A stretch of 64,000 nucleotides of DNA, from NCBI RefSeq assembly GCF_021869535.1, contig NW_026262712.1, positions 38,874,001 to 38,938,000 of the forward strand, given 5' to 3'. This document shows positions 50,101-64,000 of this stretch, in pieces; the stretch's first letter is position 1, and every line of letters begins with the position of its first letter. The notes below the pieces were generated by a model. It ran no database searches. It was not told the origin of the DNA and saw nothing but the letters and a program-made list of their open reading frames with translations. The DNA comes from Mytilus californianus. Lineage: Eukaryota. Made by a program: the position numbers and the translations under genes.

Positions 50101-52567
50101 ATTTGAATAAAATGATAAGTGGACACTGGTGTATACAACAACAAGATATCAACAAAACGACGCCCAACATGTTTTAGAGATAGAAATAAATAACATAACA
50201 TAAAATAGTTCAACATTTTTTTTTAACGCGTACAAATTAAAACTTTGCTATTGATGAATGGTGTCATTAATCAATGACACGGATATTGATAAGAAAATCG
50301 CAATGTTGATGCATTGTTATGATTTAGTCCTGTCCGCCATTTAAAAAAAAATATTAGAAAGTATGACATAGGAGGCAATGTACCAGTTTTCCAATAAAAC
50401 CACATACGATGTTCTTAGGATGACATGTTTGAAATGCGTTATCAACTTTGTAAGAGAAAATATAAAATACTAACAGTTTGATTTTGCACATCGGTTCAAT
50501 TCAATGTCAGATGATGATCGTTTTGTGTGTGAGCATTTTGAATTATATTCATAGCCCTATCAACCATGCATGTGTATGTTCTCGCTGTGAAGTGGAATAT
50601 AAATCAATCTTTTTTACAGATGTTGCAAAGACCACGATGATTGCTATGGTCGTGTAGACGCATGTTGGCCTAAAACTTGGCCTTACTCGTATGAACTTCA
50701 AGGCGAAACAGTCAACTGTCAAGGTAAATAAATGAACGTTACAAAAAGTGTGCTTCTCTTTTCGACTTACTTTAAACAAAGTTTTGCCAACTAACTATAA
50801 TTTGACTCTATTTTACACCAATGTCTTTGTGGAAAAATCTTTTCCGCTATCAAATGCAAAGGGACCACAGACATGACAGAGTAAGAAAGTACTTGTATAT
50901 TTAGGTTGTAAAACACAATGTGAAAGTTCAGAATATAAAACCAAATAACCAATCAATGTTTGGTTAGAATGTAGTTTTTGTATAGTGTTGTAATTTCAGA
51001 AGGATTAATTTTATAATCTTAAATATATTCAAATTTTACTAGGTCTTAATAAATCTATGATTTTATAAACGTCTTGTTTATTCCCGGTGTAGCAAAAAAT
51101 TATCACAAAAATACCGAACTCCAAGGCAAATTCCAAAAGGGGAAGTCAATAGAAACTGACATAAAAAACGCTGTCAATCAAATATAGTCCCTCTGATGAT
51201 CATAATGTTTTCATATGTTTGTCCTATAGTCATAAACGGTTGGTTGTCTATACCGTATATGATCACGATATTTAAAGTTTAAAGTATAAATGGGATACAT
51301 TTTTGTGGTGGTTAGGTAGGTCTCGCTAAAAATATCCAATATGCTCGCGGAATGTTCAACAGTAATACTTACACGTAAGTATATAACTTAATGACGTACA
51401 TGTGGTTACATGTATTTAGTATCATATCATAATAACAATAACATATTCACATAAACATGTAAGACAATAAATTAAATTAGACGAATAACTTAGTATAATT
51501 GCGGTTAACATTTTGATGCACAAAATTAAAACAAATGTACGTTTCTATTCTAGACTAGTTATTATTAATTTTATAAAATGTTATTTTAATGTATCACAAA
51601 CATTTACTGATTTGAGTATTCTATTTGATTAATATAATTTACATTTTGATCAGATAAGATATATATTTTTTATGTGGAAATTAGTTGTACATAATTTTAC
51701 AAGACGGAGATTGTCATAATTATTACTTATGACATCATCCCCATTATGATCGTTATTGCTAAGTAAAAGTATTAATTTTAATTCAAAATACATCATTCTC
51801 TCCTAAAATAATACATGTTGAAGTAAAAACAAAAACAAATACTTCAGACAGTAAACTATAACTAAAAGGCGTGCGAGCACTTAACCTTAACCTACTCTCG
51901 AGCAGTGCAACAGCAGAACATTCATGTGAGAACAAATGAAAACATGTGTTACAAAATTACAAAGAAAAAGTTCCGATCTTAGAGTACTGACATTGGGTGA
52001 AATCGATAGCTAGCTGAAGGCCAATTACAACTAATGAATAAATCGTAATTTTAAGTATAAAATATCAATCAGTACACATCCAACGGTTTAGTTTAATGAC
52101 GTCGTAAACAGGCGGTAAAAGCATGACCGGCAAAATTTCAATTTTGACAGGGTTATAGTACTATAATTATACATACCTATATTGGCATACATTTTTAGTT
52201 GTGTTTCGATTTATTATACACAACATCAATGTCATTACCGACAATAAAGCCAATATGCAAAGATCTTACTACAGTGGAAAATTAATAACATTTGAAAATA
52301 GTTTATTGATAAAATCAAGAAATTTGTATGTATTCCTGTATTATATTTTACCTTTCAAAGCTTAGGGTTCAACTTTCCGTGCATAGAAAAACAATGCAAT
52401 ACATTTTAAACGCTACGTTTAATGATATCTCATATTACTTTTTTTTAGATCATCGCCATTCCTGCAAATGGAGAGTATGTATGTGTGACAAGTTTTTAGT
52501 AGACTGCCTGCACAACAAAACATATAATCCAGACAATTATAATATAGACCATGATACACATTGTTAG
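47170..52567 (+). CDS. Secreted phospholipase A2 (PLA2c fold), 145-aa prepro-protein; CDS exons 47170-47184, 48680-48728, 49933-50083, 50620-50723, 52449-52567
   Basis: The spliced product is [79 protein letters not shown]..DTHC*. It has a signal peptide, an RQKR processing site, the Ca loop, His48/Asp49, Tyr52, Asp99 and 12 Cys in the mature chain. All introns are GT-AG with consistent phases (0,1,2,1). Confidence 0.93.
48361..48625 (-). mobile_element. tRNA-derived SINE in PLA2 intron 1
   Basis: Minus strand begins GCCTCGGTGGCATAGCAGTCTAAG (A-box-like), has GTGGTTTTGAACCCC (B-box-like) and ends in a CAATCA-type tail. Related tails occur at ~34295 and ~43510. Confidence 0.7.
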
Positions 52568-54699
52568 GGGAGATACTCCATTTAAACAAATCAATCTGTG
52601 TCATTTTACTTGAAAAGGCATTTTGAGAAAATATTGAATTACGGATAAATCACAGGCGCTTGAGAAATAGGTCCCTGCTCTTAAAAATATATTCAAAGGA
52701 AATCATTTTTATTTATTGTATCGTAGTTTACCCCAATTTAAACGTATTCTTGTAACTGTCTTCACGAGTTACATTTTGTAACAATAACAATACTTTATGA
52801 GCGATGCCCGATCAGTAGGCATTAAAAGCGCCTGTTGAATAAATAGACGCATAATGCAAAGATCAAAGTTGTTTTATCTCTTTTGTGCGTCTGCTTGTAT
52901 ATTATAAGGCGTTATATAAGGTGCGATCGGAAACAAAGATAATAAAAATATGTTTTTGAAATTACCACAAGAGCTGTAGCAACAGTAAATGTTTTGCATA
53001 TCTAGGACTTTGAAAAAAGGCGACGGGCACTGAGCACCTTCAATAGTGAGACGTGTAAAGAGCCTATGCATAAACCATAAATGTAGCTCCATCATGGTGA
53101 CGAACATTTCTCACCCTGTAACCCCGTCTGTCAGAAGTCAGCGAGGTGTATCTGTCTTAGTGAAAATTACCTTTATTGTGTCAAAATGAAAATTATTTTC
53201 CTTATGTTACTGGCGATATGTTTGTAAATTTGTTTAAAACAGCTAATGTTCTCTTACATTTGTTAATCCCCATCTAATTACACATCTTCTTGAGTAGATA
53301 ATTTCACAATACCTCTGAAGACGGAGTTGATGGCTGGTAACATACATGTAGATGCTAGTATTTCGTAAGTGTTATTTCGTTTGTGTGGTCAGTTTTGCTA
53401 TTGATAGTGTCTCTGTATCTCCTTAAGGATAGGGCAAAAACGCATGTAGTTTAATAAAAAAAATTATTTACGGTCAACAATTCATGTTAGGAACCCATTA
53501 TTCGTATGCCTTTATAGGTGATCTATTCTTTTTATTTATAATCTCTAAATCTGCTGTGTCAACTGCAAAAGCGCACAATGGGTACAAATGGTCACTCAGA
53601 GAAATTAAATCCTATAAGGTATTGACTGATAATGTAAGCCATAATGACTTATTTGTATATCATAATTGTTGAATTTTTAAGCTTTAGCCAGTTTCTCTCG
53701 ATCTCCAATAATTTCTGCAAAAACACTTACATGTAGAAAAGTCGTCATTCAAGGACAGGAACTACACTATGGCATGTATATGTATCTACTGATGATTTCG
53801 GCCATATACTCTATTTATTGCTTTAATACTAATCTTGCTGATCTTTGTTATTTGTTATTAAATTTGAAAAAGAAATAATCCTCATTCAAAGGCAATAACC
53901 CTTACAAAAATTAATTGACTTACGGTTTTATACATGATGACTTATTTGGAGTTCTTTAATTTGCTGTAGATCACTTTTCTATTTTCAGTTTCAAAAACAC
54001 GTGTTTGTATTAGTTTTAACGATATAAAAAGCTCACAAGTAAATTGTCTATCCTATTATTTCAATTATTTTAATTACATGTTATTCCACATGATGTTTTT
54101 AGCTATCTGTTATTCCAATTGATGTTTAAGTTATCTTTTGTTTCAATTAATTTGTTATTGTTTTCTTTTGTTTCAATCAATGAAATCAGAAAAGTACCAG
54201 TTTGTTAAATAACTATATCGTTGTTTCTGCTTTTTGCTATTGGTTTGTTTATTTTTAATCTCTTGATGTTGTTTAATTCTTAAGGAGCCTTACGGTTTTC
54301 ATTAATATACAAACATTAAAACAGATACCTTTCTAAAACGATTCATGATATTTGTATGTCGGGAAACTGCTGCCGCTTTAAGTTATATGTTGGTGTCTGA
54401 TGATATACTATATACCTATCAAAGACATTTAATGGATTGGCCAATTGGTGTACACTTAACATCCAGGTGCAAATATTTTGAATATGATGAAGTCGTCTAT
54501 GAAAAGGACACATTTGTAAAAATTTCAACAAAGGGAGCAGCAGGTTTGGTTTAACATGTATTTACGCAAGAAGAAATCAGTACTTCCACATAAACCGTAC
54601 TTGCATATCATTATCTATAGAGAAGTGTTATTTTTCAACAATTCATACCATTACTGAACATTAAATTTTCAAAATGATTGTATGTATTTTTTAAATAAT

Positions 54700-54797
54700 A
54701 ACATATAATCCAGACAATTATAATATAGACCATGATACACATTGTAAGGGAGGATACTCCATTTAAACAAATCAATCTGTGTCATTTTACTTGAAAT
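54700..54797 (+). repeat. Partial duplicate of the PLA2 last exon and proximal 3'UTR
   Basis: Near-identical to about 52520-52615 (ACATATAATCCAGAC..CATTTTACTTGAAA); the stop is TAA instead of TAG. Confidence 0.9.
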
Positions 54798-57418
54798 AAT
54801 AACTTTTAATAAAAATAGTTAGTCTGACATCTTTGCCGAGATATAGCTTTTTACGCTGATGCAGCGTCAAGTTTAAATTCATCAATAAATCAATCAATCA
54901 TGTCGATCGCAACGCAGTTTGGTCCAAAGGTAACAGTTTCTTATCAAAAGGATTGCATACGTTGTATAATATGTATAATAATATAGTTCAATAACCATAC
55001 AGAGTAGAGGCCTAGGGCTTTTTGATTTTAGGTCATTGCTTTATGACCTTGAAATTGTTTATTTTCGCAAAATGTAGATAAGATATTGGGTTTACTTCAT
55101 ATAAAACGTAATGCGGTTTTTTCAACTGACCCTGCTTATTCGATTTTTTTCTTTGCAAAATGTATCTTTCCGAACGCAGTTGTTGTTATGAATGCATCTC
55201 CTCACTAACAAAAACAGTAATCTGTAAAATCTTCTTTCTAAATTGTTTGCTAAATCCAGAGGCTACTTCAGTCAAATGTTAACCGAATCAATTAGGTGGC
55301 GTCTATCTGGAGTTATCCCTCCTTCGCTATTTCAAAATAGCTGTGTGTTGCAGAAACTATTTTATAACCATTTACGGAAAAAACAGATCCATTGGCCAGA
55401 ACTAGGAAATAGAGGTCAAGGACAAAGGTCAAGATCATGTTATAAATGTAAAAAAGGTCTTGCATTTCAATACAGTAGGAGTTTTCCGCATTTTAATATA
55501 CTGTATATAGAAATGTACAGTTGAATAAAAGAAAAATTAAGATCTCGGTCAGATTTACCTACAAATGAAAACAAAATGCACACACATTAAATTTATAAAA
55601 AATAAATCCCAGAGGTCTCTATTAAAAAGAAGGAAGATGCAAGGATTTTTAGGAGTGATGTCTGGTGAATTTGATAAATGAACTGGTCATCTCGCATTGA
55701 CACGTTTTTGACGAAGGCAATACACATTTTACTTGGTTTTTTTTGTTTGTTTTTTTTTCTGGGTTAAGAATGTGCGTTTTATATTTGTCACTGAACGTAA
55801 CGCAAGCAGTCAACGTAGATGTAGGTCACTGCAGTACATTGTTATTCTAAGAATGAGGATTTTAGGAACAGATGACCCTTATAAAAGTCAAAAAAGTTTC
55901 GACTCAAAACCGGAAGTGAAATACTTTAAACCGGAAGGATTTAATTGTCCTTTATTTAATGCAAAAATAAACACAACATATTTTTTTAATCAATGTAGAT
56001 GATATCATTACATGCCTAAAGTAGAATATTTCCTTCATTTTATTCAAAGTACTTCTTACATGTGTTTGGAATAAGAATGAGAAAAACTTTCTTCTAATAC
56101 CTGGAATAACTTTGTCAATAGAAATTATTTTTTTCACCAACATTGTATATTGAATAAATAAAAGTCAGTCGTGGAACGATCTTAATTGTTTCCATGAATA
56201 ATTGATTTCTATTTCTATTTGTTTTCTTTTATTGTATTACTTTCTTTTTATTGTGCTGTATTGTAGTTTCGCAAGTGTCGATTCTAATTTTGGCATCTGC
56301 TATCGAACATTGACTGCGCTTTGAAACTTACCTTGTTTAACATAACACTGTTTCTTAAGAAGACGTATATCCCATAACATCCGTCAAGAAGATACGGTTA
56401 ATTTGGCTTACCTTGATATAGTGTCATATGATGTGAGTTATATAGCCTTCATATTTTTTCTAAGCGGTATGTTGGTCATGTTCTAAATTGAGGCCCGTGC
56501 GTCTGAGCGAATCTCATCTGAAGCTATAAAAAATATAGATAAAAGATCTGGTTCCAATTGTTTAGATTAATGTAATAAGTAAACAGTATAATTTATACTT
56601 CGAAACAATTCAATGACTTCTAAAAGGAGTTAGTCCCTTTAAATGTTTAGATTTCAGGTTAATTAGCTCAGGCTTCAAATTGGTACATGAACAAGCCATT
56701 TGGATTTTGCAAAGGGTTGGGTAAGATAAGATTTTGAAAAGTCTAATCGGAAGTAACCATCACCTAATGAGATTTAATGTTTTGCACTGATTTCATCAAA
56801 CTGTTTATAGATATCATATAAGTTTGGTAAAACAGCATACACATAATACAGTTACCTACCGCATGACACTAGAAGGGATAATGCATGTGTAAATCGGAAG
56901 TAACAGTGGACAGATAGTTATCATCTCAACTGGAAGTGATATTTTCTAAACCTGTGTCGCCATATATTTAAAGAAACTGTGTAGATAGTCAGCTATTTAA
57001 TGAAACCAGACGTGATATTTTCTTCAATCGGAAGAAGCAAATGATCTGATTTATTCCCGGAAAAACAACAACTAATACTTTATTGAAAAGCAATACAGCT
57101 AAAAGAATATACATTATTACAATAAATCAGTGTCATTGTAGAATGTATACATATAGCGAAGAATGACAATATTCATATGGTAAATAAAATATAAAAACTA
57201 CATATTAAGGTTTTTCTCGACAATTAGAAAAAAAAATACATAAATTATTTAGTAATCTAGTAAAGTGACATTTTAACTAGAATTACTAGTATTACGCATG
57301 CGCCAGTATGGTGGCAGTGAAATTTTCTTGTTACAAATTTTCTTGAAACAATTTGAATTAATTGGATTTATACAGCATTTATTATGATTTTGTTGGATGT
57401 TCTATCTTGACAAAAGTT

Positions 57419-58566
57419 ATGCCAAAACAAAGAAAAACAAGAAACTTAAGCGATCGACACCAGATAAAGGAAATAATTCATCAGGAAATTCTACTTCAGA
57501 TAGTTCTTTGTTTACAAACAGTACAGTTAATAGAAAGAGTGACCAAAGCATGGTAGTGTTTACTAAATATACGTTGAGTACATTTAATAACAGTTCACCA
57601 ACGAATAGTTACGATCAAATTAATATTATGAATCAAGGTTACAATCAATACACGCCAATTCAGTCCAGTACGCCAAATGTGGCATACCCTTTTACGCCTG
57701 TACAACAGTTCCAGCAGTACCCACATCCTTTCACAAGCCAGCCTCCCCCTCCAACACCACAACAGCTTCAAAATACATGTGATATTGAGTTAATGCTTAA
57801 AACTTTATGTTGTAAAGTAGTCAATATTGAAATCAAACTCAATAAATTGGATTCTATTGAACACAGATTGAATAATTTTGAACAGAAATTTAGCACTGTC
57901 TATACAGAAATAATTACATGTAAAGAAAGAATAAGTGTTTTGGAACATAGCGCTGAATTTATGTCAGACATTAAAGATGAACACAAATCGATAAAAGCTA
58001 AAATTCAAACTTTGACAAAAAATTTTGAAGTATCAAAAACTGCCAGTAATTCAGTAAAGGAGAGATAAGCAGGTGTTGAGGCGCAAAATTTAAGTAACAA
58101 TCTTTTGCTTTTTGCAATTGAAGAAAAAATAGGTAATGTAGAAATGGAGACGGACGGGGCTCAGGGTGATGCAGATGAAGGTATTATCGGAGAAGGAAAG
58201 AACAACATACAAGAAAATTGTTTAGACATAATTTTAGACTTCTGTGAACAAACATTGAAAATTGAAAATGCCATAGTGAACCTTAAATTAGAAAAAGCGT
58301 ACAGACTTGGTAAAAAAAAAGTCGGAGAAAGTCGACCTAGGCCAATAGTGGTAAAATTTTCAAAGTACAGTGACCGCGAGATGGTACGAAAGTCATCGAA
58401 AAGACTAAAGGGGTCAGATTTCGGAATTAGTCCACAATATCCACAAGAAGTGTTAGCCAAACGAAAAAAGTTAATACCGGTAATGTTGGAAAAACGAAAA
58501 GAAAAGAAGACTGCGTACTTGGTTGGGGACAAGTTGTTCGTTGAGGGAGTTTTATACGATGAATAG
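57419..58566 (+). pseudogene. LINE ORF1 (coiled coil plus L1-type RRM/CTD)
   Basis: NNLLLFAIEE, EKAYRLG..RPRPIVVKF..Y.DRE and FGISPQYP.EV...RK.L motifs; frameshift near the start and a stop at 58066. Confidence 0.8.
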
Positions 58567-58619
58567 GAATTAGCGGGGGATGATACAAATAAAAACAGAA
58601 AAGAAAACGTTAAATATTC

Positions 58620-61600
58620 ATTAAAAGTATGTTCATGGAACATTTCTAAAGGTTTGATAAGAAAATTAGTCGACGCCGAATTTCAACATGAAATTGCAGA
58701 TTATGACATATTATGTTTTAACGAATGATGGGTTAAATGTCCAAAAGAATTTGAGATAGCAGGTTACGATAAAAATTATGTGCAAAGGAAGAAATGTAAT
58801 GCAGGCGGTGTTATTGTTTTTTTATAAAAAGTGGTTAAATTCGTATCTTGAGGTCTTAAAATGTTGTGCAGATAGTATGATATGGTTGAAAAGTAGAAAT
58901 GGTATAATGTCTGATTGTAAAGATTTATATTTATGTGCTGTATATGTACCACCAGATAAAAATATATTTTACCGCAAATATGACTGTGACGTATTTGAAG
59001 TTTTACAGGAACATATAGAGCATTATAGTGCATTAGGTAACATTGCTATAATTGGTGACCTGAATGGACGAATTGGTAAAACAAACGACTTTGTAGGACA
59101 TGATTTGTGTAATACTCAATTACAAAGTGATATAAGTGGTTTAATTGATTACACACCTGATTTACCTTGTGAGCGAACAACGGAGGACATTAAACCTGCT
59201 AACACTTTTGGTCGTAAAATTTTGGACTTGTGTAAATCGTCTGGGGTTAGAGTATGTAATGGACGGTTCGGGAAAAGCAGTGGTAAATTTACATTCCAAA
59301 TAAAAAAGGTTGTAGCGTTATTGATTATGTGTTATTATCTCATGAATCTTTTTCTAAAGTAAATAATTTTATGATTGGTAATTTTAATATATTTCCATGT
59401 CATGCTCCTGTAATTATTGATTTCAAACTGAAAGGATTATCATTAACTGATTTGTGTTCATGTAAAATTATAAAATATAATACTTATAACTGGAATGAAG
59501 AGTTTAAAGATGATATAAAGAGAGACCTTTGTGCCAGTGCAGATAAAATAAGCAATCTTGTGAACAGTATGAATGAAACGGACAATACTGACGATATTGT
59601 GGCTGAAACGAACGACATTTTATTACACATTACAGAAAAATACACAAAAAGAGAAGTGATTAAAACTGTTAAGTGTGATCATTGTAACGGTAAAAAACGG
59701 AATTTGGGTGTAACTGGTTTTAACCGTGGTTAGCCGTGGATAAGTGACGAATGTAAAAGAGTTATACCGGACGTACAAACGAGCATTATCACAGTTTAAT
59801 ATATGTAGAAGTGAGGAAAATAGACTTACTTAAATATTTCAAAACAAAGGTTTAAGCGTATGGAAAATACTTTAAAAAGGCGTTACAAAACCAAGAGAGG
59901 AGATATGTTTAGTTCAATGAGAAGAACCAACCCAAAATACTTTTACAGAAAATTTAGAAGAAAAAGAAAAACACTTAATAGTAATTTAACATTAGATGAC
60001 TTTGTCACACATTTCAAGAATTTAGTATCGAAAGACAATATTATAGATGGTCAAGTAAATGATGAAAACTATGATGTGGTTTATTCAGAATTAGATCGCC
60101 CATTTACAGAACAAGAAATAGACATATGTGTGAAAAAACTAAAACGTGAAAAAGCACCAGGATATGACAATATTTTAAACGAATTTATTAAAGAATGCAA
60201 AACTGTCCTTTTGCCGTTACTATGCAAGCTTTTTAATGTTAAATTATGTACAGGATGGTTCCCAGAAGTATGGGTTACTAGCATATTAATACCACTATTC
60301 AAGAAAGGCTCGATGAATGATACAGGTAATTATAGAGAAATATCACTGGTTTCTCATGTTGGAAAGTTATTCACATCGGTGATACATACTAGATTGATGA
60401 AATGGTGTAAAGAACAGTAATTTGACCGATGCGCAATTCGGTTTCATTCCGGGATATGGTACAAGGGACGCAACCTTTGCTCTTCATTCTGTTATAGCTA
60501 AATCTTTACGTAGAGGAAAATGGTTATATTGTTGCTTTGTTGATTATGTTAAAGCTTTTGATAGTGTTTTACATCTTATTTTATGGTAAAAAATGCTAAA
60601 GTGTGGAATAACTGGTAATCTATTGTGTTTAATTAGATCTATGTATTCTACATTGAAAACATGTGTTAAGTTAGATGGACAGTTTTCAGAGTTTTTTAGT
60701 TGTAACGCATGATTAATGCAAGGGGAGTCATTATCCCTTTTTTTATATTCTCTCTACGTAAATGATATAGAAATAGAATTAATCAAACAGGGTATTGAGC
60801 CATATGAAGTCAGAATGTTAAATTTATATTTGTTCATGTACGCAGACGATACAGTTCTTTTTAGGGAAAGTGTTATTGAATTACAAAAAATGATAGATAC
60901 TGTGAATGAGTGTTCAACACAGTATGGGCTACATATAAATCTCAGTAAGACAAAAATTGTAATTTTTCGTAATAGAGGTAAAATAAAAGATAACGAAAAA
61001 TGGTCTTTAAATGGTAAAGTAGTAGAAGTATGTAATGAATTTGTTTACCTGGGTTTATTGTTTAATTATAACGGTATATTTACTGTAACACAAAAGACAC
61101 TAACTGAACAGGGTAGAAAAGCTACTTTCAGCATACTTAGTAAAACTTATGATGCATTTTTTTATATAGAAACTTTAGTATCTTTATTTGATACTTATGT
61201 TACAAGTATTATGAATTATGCCAGTGAAGTCTGGGGCTTTCATAAAGCCGAAGATATAGAAAATTTGCATTTATATTATATGAAAAGAATTTATTAGTTA
61301 GAAAAGGAACTGTTAATCACATGGTATATTTTGAGTTGGGCAGAGTGCCCTTGTATGTAAATAGATATGTTTTTTGAAAATGGTAACCTACTGGTTGAGA
61401 CTGTTAGACACAGAGAACTGTATTTTAAAACATGTATATAAAGATATGTACGAATCTAGTTGTGTGAAGCCAAATGACAAGCTAAATTGGTCTTGTAAAG
61501 TACGAGATATATTATGTAAATATGGTTTTAGTGATATTTGGTTTTCACAGAGAGTTAGAAACAGTCAGTTGTTTTTCAGTGAATTTAAACAAAGAGTTCT

Positions 61601-62030
61601 AGATAATTATATATCTGAAGGTTTATCAAAATTTGAAAATTCGCCGAAATGTACTTTGTATCAGTATTTACACTATGGCCACACTATGCAATTTTACCTA
61701 AGCCGTCCATTAAACAGTTTGTACAGATCTTATATAACTAGATATAGAATAAATGCTCATGCACTATGTATAGAAACAGGCAGATACTATAGTATAGCCA
61801 GAAATGAACGTTTGTGTAGTATGTGTAATAAAAATGCGATTGAAGATGAGTATCATTTTATTTTAGAATGTGATAAATATAACGACATCAGATGTAAATA
61901 TATAAAGAGTTATTACTATGAGAGACCATCTACTTTTAAATTGGTGCAACTGTTATCTGTAAGAAATGTCAAAGAGCTAAACAACCTGGGAAAATATTTA
62001 TTTTCTGCAGAAAAAACACGTAATGGTTAA
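58620..62030 (+). pseudogene. LINE ORF2 (APE endonuclease, reverse transcriptase, C-terminal Zn knuckle)
   Basis: CSWN, LCFNE, IIGDLNGR, KAPGYD, GNYR.ISL, AQFGF, DYVKAFDSV, QGE.LS, YADD and IETGRY..ER.C..C..EDEYHF..EC. Confidence 0.92.
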
Positions 62031-62639
62031 TTATTCAAATTCTTAATTCTTTCATTGATTTGTATAATTTGTGTATAAATGTTATATTATGCTGTATTTT
62101 ATCTATTGGATATTTATATTGTGTAAATCCAATAAGCTGTATTTGCTTACGGAAATAAAGTATATTTCCTATTTACGTAGTCAACTGATAACAACTATAT
62201 ACAAAGTTTGATGATCTAAAATAAAACGGTATTCATCTAAACGATGGTGGTAACTTTGGTTTTTGATGCAAAGGAATGGTGCATTTGATCCAAAACAATC
62301 CTCTGACTTCTTACGGAAGTTATTGCCTCTGAAATATTTCAGTTTTAGTTAAATTAATAGAAACCATTTGAAACAGTTACATTATAAAGTCATGGACGAT
62401 TTTTGGATAACAATTTGAGGCATATCACCTTGATAAAGGTCAATCGTAAGTGACATTGTGGAAACTTGAAGTAGGTTTTTGCACTTATTGTTCTGGGAGT
62501 GTACCTAGCAGCCATATATTTTCTAAATAAGTGTAAACTAAGATATATTTATATGTAATACCCCGAATTGACCTCTAATAAACGTGAAATTGCTAATGTC
62601 ATATCATGAACAGTACCAAGAAACAATATATTTTTAGCT

Positions 62640-63990
62640 CACCGTTTGTGTTTTTTTGTTTTTGTTTCGTAAAACAACATGGCCGCCATGGTTAAAATAT
62701 AACATAGGGGTAAAATGCAGTTATTGCTTTATATCTCAAAAACCAGAGCATTAAGAGCAAATCAATTTCAGCCAAATTTGGGCTAAATGAGTTTCAGAGT
62801 ATCTTGTATGAATTTTATATTTTATTTCCTTGTACGTCAAAAAACATAGCGACTATGGCTAAAATGGAACATAGGGGTAAATTTTTTTTTTTTTGCTTTT
62901 GAAGAAAATATGACAGATACAAAGAACATTCAAATGGCATTTGTAAGCCACTCATTAATATATATTGATAAACGAAAATAATCATTGATGAAAGATTTAA
63001 GCAAAAAATTACAGGTGAGCGATTCAGGCTCTTGAGAGCCTCTTGTTGGAATCCATATGCAATAAACCCTTCAAATGAAACCTGATTATACATTTTATAA
63101 ACCGAAAGAAGCTAATTATCTTCTTCATTTCAAGTTAAACCATTTTTTTGGAAATCAGTGCTAATTAAAGTATGTCAAAAACCGAAAGTCGCTTGGTGTG
63201 AACCAGAAATTCATCATGATTTATCCTTCTCAATATAATAAGTAAAGTAACAAAAAAACCGAACTGCAAGACAAAAAAAAAACGAAAGTCCTTTGAATTA
63301 TCATATGCAAAATAAAAAGCTCAAACACATCGAACGAATGGGAACAACAGACAACCTGGCGTTGTTATCTTACTCACTATAACAGCAAATAACTATATCA
63401 ACAAAGAAAACAACAAGAGGCTCTCAAGAGCCTGAATCGCTCACCTGTTATTTTTTTTGCTCAAATCTTTCACCAATGATTATTTTTGCTTTTTTCCCAT
63501 ATGTTCCATTTTAGCCATAGTGTCTATGTTTTTTGAAGTACAAGGAAATGAAATACAAAATTTATACTAGATTCATTTGAGAAGATTTTTAAAGTTAGCA
63601 AACATAAAACAACTTGTGTAAAATTGTCCGTAAACGGCAATAACTCCTTAAGGGGGCAATTGACAATTTTGGTCATGAAACTTTTTTGTAGATCTTACTT
63701 TGCTGAACATTTTTGCTGTTTACAGTTTATCTTTTTCTTCAATAATATTCAAGATAATAACCAAAAAAACTGTAAAATTTCCTTAAAACAACCAATTTAG
63801 TGGCAGCAACCCAACAATGGGTTGTTCAGTGTGTCTGAAAATTTCAGGGCATTTTCACCTCATGTCAGATTTGCTCTTAATGCTTTAGTTTCTGAGATAT
63901 AAGCCAAAAACTGCATTTCACCCCTATCTTCTATGTTTAGCCATGGCGGCCATGTTTGTCGTTCATAAACAAGATTCCTAAAAGAACATT
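62640..63990. mobile_element. Two divergently oriented copies of a non-autonomous bivalve element, with identical 38-bp heads at 63011-63048 and 63411-63448
   Basis: CAACAAGAGGCTCTCAAGAGCCTGAATCGCTCACCTGT and its exact reverse complement are separated by about 360 bp. Confidence 0.75.
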
Positions 63991-64000
63991 CATTCAAGTA

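Larger units (their letters stand above)
57290..62170 (+). mobile_element. Near full-length, inactivated non-LTR retrotransposon (RTEX/CR1-L2-like; ORF1 plus APE-RT ORF2)
   Basis: ORF1, APE endonuclease, RT and a C-terminal CCHC motif lie in order, with AATAAA near 62153 and many stops and frameshifts. The clade assignment is tentative and no TSD was found. Confidence 0.9.

Noticed and set aside
54343-54554. Protein-like 69-aa ORF
   Set aside because: No recognisable motif or solid splice sites; unsupported without a database search.
1-64000. CRISPR arrays, prokaryotic operons, rRNA or true tRNA genes
   Set aside because: The DNA is intron-containing and eukaryotic. The tandem repeats lack unique spacers and the tRNA-like pieces are degenerate SINE heads.

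Overview
AT-rich eukaryotic genomic DNA, most likely from a bivalve mollusc (Mytilus-like; inferred from remembered repeat families, not from a search). Almost all short ORFs in the supplied track are noise. Supportable content: (1) a candidate plus-strand micro-exon gene at 8.6-28.8 kb with at least 13 tiny exons of 6-51 nt, including three consecutive 6-nt exons; 11 of the 13 are multiples of 3 and all have canonical AG/GT sites; (2) a decayed minus-strand DNA-transposon cassette at 36.8-40.4 kb that pairs an intact two-exon chromodomain gene with a RAG1/Transib-like DDE transposase; (3) a frameshifted XK-family terminal exon (42.3-43.1 kb, minus); (4) a complete 5-exon secreted phospholipase A2 gene (47.2-52.6 kb, plus) with a duplicated 3' end; (5) a near full-length but inactivated two-ORF LINE (57.3-62.2 kb); (6) Penelope-like RT fragments, an intact-looking type I hammerhead ribozyme inside a 415-bp foldback, SINEs, MITEs and satellites. 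All splicing models were read by eye and need RNA-seq confirmation.
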